64,000 bases of DNA, from contig NC_092674.1 in assembly GCF_964355755.1 (NCBI RefSeq), positions 10,602,001 to 10,666,000 on the forward strand. Reading direction: 5' to 3'. The DNA comes from Antedon mediterranea. Its lineage: Eukaryota; Animalia; Echinodermata. Each line of letters starts with the position of its first letter. The first letter of the stretch is position 1. The notes under the pieces are model-generated. The model worked only from the letters and a program-made list of their open reading frames with translations, did no database searches and was not told the origin of the DNA. This document shows positions 11,801-19,948 of the stretch, piece by piece. The position numbers and the translations under genes were made by a program.

Positions 11801-14800
11801 TCTTGCCTTTCAAAACTAAATAGGCCTATATATGTGTAATCGGATTTTATAACACTGCCCTCTGTAGTTTCTACATTTTTGGGAGAAAATGAAGCATATA
11901 TTCTGGCAATTAAGTGATAAATAACATAAGATGGCGAACATTTTGCAGTGTGTTGACAGCGAGTTCAGTATTGTTTTGATGTTTTGAAAAGTATTGTTAT
12001 TTAAAAAAAATTAAGTGTGAAAAAGGAAAGTTTAGGTGAGAAATCGAAGATATAACTGTGTGGTGCGAAACTGCAGTAGCGCCGTTTTGTTAGAGTACTC
12101 TACTGAACTGTGTAAGCCATTGTTTTCTTGTACCAATCGATTACGGCAGTACTGACTGGAGACAATATGATATTAAACGTGTGTAAATTTTCGCTCAATC
12201 AGAGGCTGTTTTGTACGTAACGACCCTGCCTGGCGGGATGAATAAGCAAATAAAAATATAGGAGGCCTACCTAGGCCTACATAATAATTAATATATAAGA
12301 AGAAAGGCACTGTGATAATAACTCATGCTAAAGAGGTTATTATCCAGTAACCTTTAGTTACTCCTCTTACAGTTACACATATCATATGGTACCATGTGGC
12401 CTAGAAAAAAGCCCCAGACAAAGTTAACGGTAATTTTGTCTCAATTTTTGAAAAAGGCTAACTTATCAAACTACTTGGAATATTGTTGGCCAATCAGAAG
12501 TCAGAGTGGGGTTTTTAAATAGTTAAGATGATATGTTTTAAGTTTAGTTTTAGTTTTGGTATGAAGGTGAACAGACACAGGTCAGCAAGAGGGCCTGTTC
12601 ATTAAAGAAATATACTTATTTTAACTTTAATGCATTTTTGATGTTCATCTTTGTCTGATAACTTTAAATATTAAGCCGCTCGGACGTTTCTCCTATATGA
12701 CTACATAAGTAAACCGCTCGGACTCATGCGAAGCCCGTAACATGGTGGCAGCGGTGCTGGAAACGTTTTTAACCCGTTACTATTAACATTAGACGAACTG
12801 TGCTGTGGTGGACCACTTCACAATTTTTTTTGATGGATTGTTTGACTTGAATTTTGATCTGAAACAAGACTTTACCAACATTGTGGATGACATTGTTTTC
12901 ATGCCAGAAACATAAAGGGAAGGAAAACTTTCTGTCAATATCATCAATGTCGAGTTCCAAGTTAAAGGTACATTTTTCATTTTGTGGTAAAAGTTTGTGA
13001 TGCACTATAGTTTAAGTTTTGTTATATATATCTTACTACGTCTTAAGTCATAGTCATTATATATTGTATAAGTACATTAATGCCTAAACATAAGTCAAGT
13101 AGGATCTTAAGATCTCAACAAAGTTCCATAATGAATACCGATGAAGCACAAACTTCTCAGGCTGCTTCTCAAAATAGTACTGTTGTACCAGATATACCCG
13201 AAACCACTCAAAATACTGGTAACGAGACCGACATTCCGGATATGGTACTTGATAAAATTTCTGTAGAAATTGGGGGTCAAATGATTTTGATGCACATGCA
13301 TGATTGGTTGGCCTATCAAAAAATCGAAATGGAAAAAGAAAAGTTAGAATTAGAACGGAAAAAGATTGAATATGATAGAGAGATTGCAAATAAGACATTA
13401 GCACGAGACGAAAATGTTGAAACTATAAGAGCTCAAATACAACGAGAGAGTAATGATGGTCATAGCACCACAAGTTCATATGCCTCCACAAAAATAGATC
13501 GATATAAACAAAAACTAACTAATAATATCGATGCTGACGCTTATTTTACGGCATTCGAAAGTTATGCTAAAAGGGAACAATGGGAGGAATCCACTTGGGT
13601 TCGACGCATCTCCCAATGCATTGAGGGAAAGGCTCGAGACGCCATGAATACCATCATGGACGTAAATTTTGATTACGAAACCCTAAAATGTACGATACTG
13701 GAAGTGTTTCAACTGACCCCAGAACATTACAGACAAAAATTTAGGAACTTAAAGCGAAATGACAATGAAAGCATACGTTCCTACATTACAAAGGTTGGGC
13801 ATAATTTTGATTGTTGGGTGAGATACTCTGGCATTGCGGCTGATGATGCGGCAGGTATTTCGCAATTAATAATACGCGAACAGGTTTTAGAGAACATTCC
13901 CAATGATATGCGCCAGCATTTACTTCAAAAGAAAGTATTAAATACAGCTGACTTTGCCAGAGAGGCGGAGGAGTATGCCAGCATAATACCTAATTATTGG
14001 CAACGCCATAAGCTAAATAATAAGCAAATAGGCACAAATAGTCATTACAGACCGCAGCCCTACAATAGCAAACCACCAAGGTTTGACAGACCGACTTACA
14101 ACAGGCCAAGGTTTAACCCGCCTCCTTCTGCACCAAATCACAGTGCACTTAACAGGCCGGCTACAAATCCACCAAATCAGCATCAATTCAGACCAAACTT
14201 TAATGCTAGCTATCAGCAAGATCTGAATTCATTAAACAGGCCATTTATTCCTCAACAACCTCCCCGATTTAGCAACACACAAGGTCGGCAAAATCAAAAT
14301 CAAAGACAAAAAAATCAACGACCGCACGATTCCTTAAAGTGCATCACGGTGCATAGTGGCTCATCAAAGACTGAGCCTTTGAACAAAGCTTTCTTAATTA
14401 ATGGTATACTTGAGGGTAAAGCCATAACATTTTTGAGAGACACAGGATCGTCAATTACATTGATTGATAAACAGTTTATTCCCCAAAAGAGTCTCACAGG
14501 TTCGTATACCTTAGTCCGAGGCATAGGCCGCACTAACATAGAAATTCCTACCGCTGAGGTACATATTACCACAGAAAAAATACCTACTACCAAAGTTATC
14601 GTTGGTGTAATAGAAGGCCTTGGTAGCGATGGTCTATTGGGCAATGATCTAGACCCAGAAAATAAATGGGACAAACCAAAAGATGTACTAGTAGTTACTA
14701 GAGCACAAACTCGTGTATTGCCCGAAATAAAAGCTCAGGATTGTATTAGACAATATCTTGAACAAAATCAAACAACATCAGAAAATGTGGCACTTAATTT

Positions 14801-17800
14801 CAAAGAATCACTTGATTACAATTTGCCAAACACACCAGAGGCAAAATCCTTGTTGCACAGCGACATTAAAGACTTGATAAAACTACAAGAAAAAGATGAA
14901 ACATTGAAATTCATTCGAAGTGAGGTAAAAGATAAATCATGCACAAAAGATCAAGATGTCTGTTTTATAAAGAAAATGGAATTATAATGAGAAAATGCCA
15001 ACCACAGACACGTTTCCGCAAACAAATCGATGACCAAATAGTTGTACCACAGGAGTACAGAGAACACATTATAAATATAGCTCATGACAAAACTGGACAT
15101 CTAGGTGTCCAAAAGACACAGGATAGGATAACCCAACATTTTTATTGGCCTGGAATAAACCATCAAGTTAGAGAACATTGTAAAACATGTCCTCAATGTC
15201 AGTATTTGACAAAAACAAAGAAACAAAAACAACTATTGCGACCATTACCAATCATTGATATTCCGTTTAAAAGAATTGGAATAGATATTGCAGGTCCATT
15301 TTGTGTTACAGAGGATGGAAATAGATATCTTTTAGTATTGTGCGACTATGCAACTAGATATCCAGAAGCCATTGCAATACCCGATCAAACCGCGGTAACT
15401 GTAGCACAGAGTTTAATCACTGTATTTTCGAGAGTGGGTTTACCTAGTCAAATTATTCATGACCAAGGTACCAACTTCATGTCTCAAATTATCGTAGAAC
15501 TATGCAAAAAATTGGGAATTGAGAAAATTCCTACTACGCCTTATCACCAACAGACTAACGGACTTACGGAGCGTTTTATAGGTACACTGAAACTTATGAT
15601 AAATTCGCTGTCTCATGTCCAACGAGAAAACTGGGATAGGTATATTCCATTGCTGTTATTCTCTTATAGAGAAGTACCGTGTGAATTCACAGGATATTCA
15701 CCATTTCACTTACTATATGGTAGACAAATAAGGGGTCCCTTAAGCTTAATTAAGCAAGGATTCCTTGGCGAGAACACTCAAACAGACATACCTTCACACT
15801 TGTTAGGGATAGCTCACAACTTAACTAAATGGATGGCTAGTGCAAATCACACTAAACAGAAAAAGCAACAGAAAATGAAATCTTATTACGACAGAACTGC
15901 AAAAGATATACACTATAAAGTCGGTGAAGAGGTCTTAATTTTCCTCCCAGAAGGCGCGGGAAAGTTGGATTCGAAATGGCAAGGTCCATATAAAATCACT
16001 AAAAAGGTTGGTGAGGTGGATTATGAAATACATATGCCTGATAAACGTAAATCTCATAGAATTATACATGCTAACTTAATCAAAAAATGGTACACACAAG
16101 AAGACGCTCGGCAAATATCTCAATGTTACTGTGTAACTGGGGTAATTCAAGAAATAGGCAATGAATCACTTGTTCAGCCTGTTGATTATGATCTCGAAAC
16201 ACAATTTCTTGATGACAGTATAGGTCCATCCTATAAACAAACACAAACATGGAAAGATGTAAAAATTGCAGACTCCATTTCTACAAAACAAAAACGGGAA
16301 CTAACCAATACACTTAAGAAACATACTAAGGCATTTTCTGATGTGCCTGGAAAAACTAATGTACTTACACATACAGTAAAAACTACTCATGAAACACCAA
16401 TCAGACAACGTGCTTACAGGACACCACATTCAATGATGACAAAAGTCAAAGAAGAGGTGGACAGTATGTTGAGTCTAGGGGTCATTGAGAGGTCAACTAG
16501 TGCATATGCATCTCCTATTGTCGTTGTACCAAAACCTAACGGTGATATTCGCGTGTGCACTGATTACCGTGCATTGAACAAGATAACTGAATTTGATCCT
16601 TATCCTATTCCTAGGATAGATCAGATACTTGATGAAGTAGCTAAAGCTAAATATATCTCAACCCTAGATTTGACTAAGGGATTTTATCAGGTACCTCTAG
16701 ATCCGCAAGCAAAAGCAAAATCAGCATTTGTGACACCTTTTGGGCAGTTTGCATATAGGGTCATGCCGTTCGGTATGATGAATTCTAGTGCGACATTTCA
16801 AAAGCTAGTTGATACTGTGTTGATGGGATGTTCCGCATTTTGCAGACAATATATTGACGATATTGCGATTTTCTCTAATACGTGGCAAGATCATTTAAAT
16901 CATTTAGATATTGTATTAAGTAAAATTTCAGAAGCTGGTCTTACTATTAAGCCATCTAAATCGAAATTTGCTAACAGCACTGTAAACTACCTTGGACATA
17001 CCATAGGGGATGGCCAAATAAAGCCTATGTTAGATAAGATAGAGTCGGTAGAGAAATTCCCTACCCCTCAAACTAAGAAAAATGTCAGGTCATTTTTGGG
17101 ATTGACAGGGTATTATAGGAAGTTTATTCTACACTATGATGACATAGCAAGACCCTTGATAAACTTGACTAAAAAAGCCGAACCTAAGAGAGTAAATTGG
17201 ACGCCTGAGTGTGATAAAGCATTCACAGATTTAAAATCTCAGCTTATTGCCCACCCCATTTTAAGAGCACCAAGCTTTGATAAACCATTTTTACTACAAA
17301 CTGATGCATCGAAAACAGGAATTGTCCAGAGCTGTTTTAAGCCAGTTAGATACTGATTGTAATGAACATCCTATTGTTTACCTTAGTAGAAGGATGTTGC
17401 CCAATGAGTTAAATTATTCAGTTGCTGAACAAGAATGTTTAGCTATAGTATGGTCAATTAACAAGTTACGATATTACTTACAAGGGCACAAATTTACAGT
17501 TATAACTGACCACAAGGCGTTGAAATGGCTTGACAATACCCGCCATTCAAATAATAGACTAATGAGATGGTCAATGACTCTACAACAATTTACTTTTGAT
17601 ATACAATATCGCAAAGGTATAACAAACACCAATGCTGACAGTTTGTCACGTCGATGTTAGTAATTCAGGGAACATACGGTACATCGCATTATTTTAATTT
17701 ATAGTTAAGTGAGTACACAAGCTTCATCAGACCAAAATGTGTATGTTATAAGGATTATCACAAATAATCCCACTTTATATAGTAAAATTAAGTATTAAGA

Positions 17801-17866
17801 TACAAACGAAATGATTCTCACAAAGAATCTATATATATTGTGACCATTATAAAAATTGTGTAAAAT

Positions 17867-17906
<40 letters not shown>

Positions 17907-19400
17907 ATAATATCTGTATTGTCAGTAAAGATTATATTTAGCATCACCAACTAACAATTGGCCAGAGCACTTCACAATATTGAAGGTTATATGTACTACC
18001 AACTTACACTTGGTATTAGACACTTTACTGTATTGTAGTACAGCTTTATTATGATATTATATTATTTAAGATGTAGAATTAAGCATAAAGTGCATCTCGA
18101 ACTGTTGCCATAGAATGTTATGAATGTGACCATTAACCCCATCATCTTCTTTTATACAAACTTTGAACACTGTGACCTGTTTATGAACTCTTACATTTAT
18201 GATTGACAGCAGTGCAACAGTGAAATGAGGAGCATTGAAGAAAAACTTTTATGTAATTAATTTGATTGATATTTTACTTTTGACAGCGTGATTTTTGCAG
18301 AACTGCAGAACACTTTATGATTTTGAAGTTAAATTTAACACAGTGGACACCATACCATTGATGAACAATAACTTGAACAATGAACTTTACATTTTTGATG
18401 ATGTAGCAGTAAAAATTATAAACAATGCATTTTTAATTTTAATACTGCAAGCTAAACATTTGAAACTACTTTGAACATTTCAGTTTTATATTCTCATATT
18501 ATATTGGTTTAGTTATTAAGTACTGTAGTTAAGGACATACTATTTTTAGAAGAGTGACACACTCTTTTATTCAGTAGGGGGGTGTGATAATAACTCATGC
18601 TAAAGAGGTTATTATCCAGTAACCTTTATTAGTTACTCCTCTTACAGTTACACATATCATATGGTACCATGTGGCCTAGAAAAAAGCCCCAGACAAAGTT
18701 AACGGTAATTTTGTCTCAATTTTTGAAAAAGGCTAACTTATCAAACTACTTGGAATATTGTTGGCCAATCAGAAGTCAGAGTGGGGTTTTTAAATAGTTA
18801 AGATGATATGTTTTAAGTTTAGTTTTAGTTTTGGTATGAAGGTGAACAGACACAGGTCAGCAAGAGGGCCTGTTCATTAAAGAAATATACTTATTTTAAC
18901 TTTAATGCATTTTTGATGTTCATCTTTGTCTGATAACTTTAAATATTAAGCCGCTCGGACGTTTCTCCTATATGACTACATAAGTAAACCGCTCGGACTC
19001 ATGCGAAGCCCGTAACAGGCACATTCATTTGTTGGCATGCCAGAACCAGATATACGCGACAGATTCGAAACGCGACCGATTTCAAACCCTACCGAAATGA
19101 TCTATTTTCCCTAGGCCCTAGCAGGCCTAACCTAGCTACCTCCTAGCTAGTAGGCCTAGGCTAGGCCTACTACTAGTACTAAGTAGTAGTAGTGAGGCCT
19201 AGCCTAGCTAGGCCTACTAGGGCTAGGCAGCATTTTGCAAGGCTTGGCTAGCCTAGGCCTAAGTAAGCCTAGGCTAGGCTAGTAGTAGTAGTAGGCTAGC
19301 CTTCTTATTATTAGCCTAAAACCTAAGGCCTTGATATATTGGAATATAAAGATAAACGCTTAGATTTTACTTGTTAAAAACAAATTATATTACTTACCAT
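8819..19400 (-). CDS. CETN2: Centrin (caltractin), CETN1/2-like EF-hand protein, 171 aa, 5 coding exons
   Basis: Exons (-): 19398-19400 (ATG|gtaagt), 11041-11196, 10659-10787, 9867-10004, 8819-8908. All introns are GT-AG, phase 0. Protein: [53 protein letters not shown]|[43 protein letters not shown]|[46 protein letters not shown]|[29 protein letters not shown]. The ATG-only first exon is less certain than exons 2-5. Confidence 0.95.
9178..9845 (+). repeat. Two clusters of ~20-bp tandem repeats (ACATGTAATTACTGACCCAT) in centrin intron 4
   Basis: About 4 copies at 9178-9256 and about 7 copies at 9670-9845. Confidence 0.8.
12311..12742 (+). repeat. 5' LTR (432 bp)
   Basis: TGTGATAATA...CCCGTAACA, identical by eye to the 3' LTR except for one 3-bp indel. 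Contains CCAAT (~12490), a TATA-like TTTTAAATA and ATTAAA (12601). Confidence 0.97.
12743..12756 (+). promoter_or_regulatory. Primer-binding site complementary to the 3' end of tRNA-Leu
   Basis: TGGTGGCAGCGGTG directly after the LTR is complementary to ...CACCGCTGCCA-CCA, the 3' end of metazoan tRNA-Leu(AAG/UAG) as recalled. Confidence 0.85.
13080..14987 (+). CDS. gag: Retrotransposon Gag (coiled coil plus SCAN-like capsid) and aspartic protease
   Basis: 635-aa ORF. Coiled coil [11 protein letters not shown]; capsid/SCAN-like [24 protein letters not shown]...[12 protein letters not shown]; protease [12 protein letters not shown]...LLGND. Confidence 0.9.
   Translation: MPKHKSSRILRSQQSSIMNTDEAQTSQAASQNSTVVPDIPETTQNTGNETDIPDMVLDKISVEIGGQMILMHMHDWLAYQKIEMEKEKLELERKKIEYDREIANKTLARDENVETIRAQIQRESNDGHSTTSSYASTKIDRYKQKLTNNIDADAYFTAFESYAKREQWEESTWVRRISQCIEGKARDAMNTIMDVNFDYETLKCTILEVFQLTPEHYRQKFRNLKRNDNESIRSYITKVGHNFDCWVRYSGIAADDAAGISQLIIREQVLENIPNDMRQHLLQKKVLNTADFAREAEEYASIIPNYWQRHKLNNKQIGTNSHYRPQPYNSKPPRFDRPTYNRPRFNPPPSAPNHSALNRPATNPPNQHQFRPNFNASYQQDLNSLNRPFIPQQPPRFSNTQGRQNQNQRQKNQRPHDSLKCITVHSGSSKTEPLNKAFLINGILEGKAITFLRDTGSSITLIDKQFIPQKSLTGSYTLVRGIGRTNIEIPTAEVHITTEKIPTTKVIVGVIEGLGSDGLLGNDLDPENKWDKPKDVLVVTRAQTRVLPEIKAQDCIRQYLEQNQTTSENVALNFKESLDYNLPNTPEAKSLLHSDIKDLIKLQEKDETLKFIRSEVKDKSCTKDQDVCFIKKMEL
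14939..17356 (+). CDS. pol: Retrotransposon Pol: integrase, then reverse transcriptase and the start of RNase H (frameshifted from ORF1)
   Basis: Integrase: HHCC zinc motif (AHDKTGHLG...CKTCPQC), DDE core ([23 protein letters not shown]), GPY motif (KWQGPY). RT: [17 protein letters not shown]. RNase H start: QTDAS. Confidence 0.93.
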   Translation: MHKRSRCLFYKENGIIMRKCQPQTRFRKQIDDQIVVPQEYREHIINIAHDKTGHLGVQKTQDRITQHFYWPGINHQVREHCKTCPQCQYLTKTKKQKQLLRPLPIIDIPFKRIGIDIAGPFCVTEDGNRYLLVLCDYATRYPEAIAIPDQTAVTVAQSLITVFSRVGLPSQIIHDQGTNFMSQIIVELCKKLGIEKIPTTPYHQQTNGLTERFIGTLKLMINSLSHVQRENWDRYIPLLLFSYREVPCEFTGYSPFHLLYGRQIRGPLSLIKQGFLGENTQTDIPSHLLGIAHNLTKWMASANHTKQKKQQKMKSYYDRTAKDIHYKVGEEVLIFLPEGAGKLDSKWQGPYKITKKVGEVDYEIHMPDKRKSHRIIHANLIKKWYTQEDARQISQCYCVTGVIQEIGNESLVQPVDYDLETQFLDDSIGPSYKQTQTWKDVKIADSISTKQKRELTNTLKKHTKAFSDVPGKTNVLTHTVKTTHETPIRQRAYRTPHSMMTKVKEEVDSMLSLGVIERSTSAYASPIVVVPKPNGDIRVCTDYRALNKITEFDPYPIPRIDQILDEVAKAKYISTLDLTKGFYQVPLDPQAKAKSAFVTPFGQFAYRVMPFGMMNSSATFQKLVDTVLMGCSAFCRQYIDDIAIFSNTWQDHLNHLDIVLSKISEAGLTIKPSKSKFANSTVNYLGHTIGDGQIKPMLDKIESVEKFPTPQTKKNVRSFLGLTGYYRKFILHYDDIARPLINLTKKAEPKRVNWTPECDKAFTDLKSQLIAHPILRAPSFDKPFLLQTDASKTGIVQSCFKPVRY
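17329..17660 (+). CDS. RNase H C-terminal part of Pol, separated by a 4-bp insertion
   Basis: AVLSQ...[10 protein letters not shown]...[13 protein letters not shown]...TDHKAL...NADSLSR*. Removing TCCA at 17325-17328 restores [14 protein letters not shown]. Confidence 0.88.
18574..18582 (+). promoter_or_regulatory. Polypurine tract
   Basis: (A)GTAGGGGGG immediately 5' of the 3' LTR. Confidence 0.75.
18583..19017 (+). repeat. 3' LTR (435 bp)
   Basis: Direct repeat of 12311-12742 with 3 extra bp (CCTTTATTAGTT vs CCTTTAGTT). Confidence 0.97.
19110..19330. repeat. Low-complexity TAGGCCTA/CTAG/TAG repeat tract
   Basis: Dense run of GGCCTAG, CTAGCTAG and TAGTAG at the 5' end of centrin intron 1. 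Confidence 0.8.
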
Positions 19401-19948
19401 GTTCATATAATTATTCTAACAAAATTAACTGTTTTAAAAATATGTTTAGTCTTTCTCTCTTGTTTGTTGTGCTTCGAAACGGGTGATCGCGGGATATTTA
19501 ATTAAAATTACCTCGAAAATGTAAGCGATTGAACATGTCTTACTATTGGTCCATACGAACAAAAAATTGGTTGTGTTCAGAAATTGGCCAACCAAACTGA
19601 ATTTCTCAAGCAGTTTGTTACTTTAATATTAGAATAAAACTTTAATATTATCATTTGTATACTTACACATATTTATACTTAAATCAACAACTTATATAAC
19701 TAAAATAATTTGTTATATATTTAAGTTTTTAAATAACTTATTATACAAATACATGTATATATATTTTAATTATAAGTGTATTGTATTAAATAATGTTAAT
19801 TAATTTCTATTCTTATAATAGTTGGTGGCGCTAAACACAAAAACACATTTTCCACAGTTTAGTTTCTTGTATTCATCAATTATATCTGCGCTACTTTTGC
19901 AGAGTAGAGGGTGTTTGTGGGTCGAGTTTAAAGGTTGCTCTTTTTAGA
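19401..19948. promoter_or_regulatory. Putative bidirectional promoter and 5' UTRs shared by centrin and NSDHL
   Basis: About 550 bp between the divergent start codons, with three ATTGG (reverse CCAAT) boxes at 19545, 19566 and 19583. Confidence 0.55.

Larger units (their letters stand above)
12311..19017 (+). mobile_element. Full-length Gmr1-like Ty3/Gypsy LTR retrotransposon (6707 bp), antisense in centrin intron 1
   Basis: TG...CA LTRs at 12311-12742 and 18583-19017. 5-bp TSD GGCAC at 12306-12310 and 19018-19022. PBS at 12743, PPT before the 3' LTR. Domain order is gag-PR-IN-RT-RH. Confidence 0.97.

Noticed and set aside
14939-14987. Programmed -1 ribosomal frameshift
   Set aside because: No X XXY YYZ slippery heptamer in frame, and the shift falls after the protease rather than at the gag/pol boundary. 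A 1-bp deletion is simpler.
17661-18582. env-like third ORF
   Set aside because: No ORF of 60 aa or more in the track; the region is AT-rich and non-coding.
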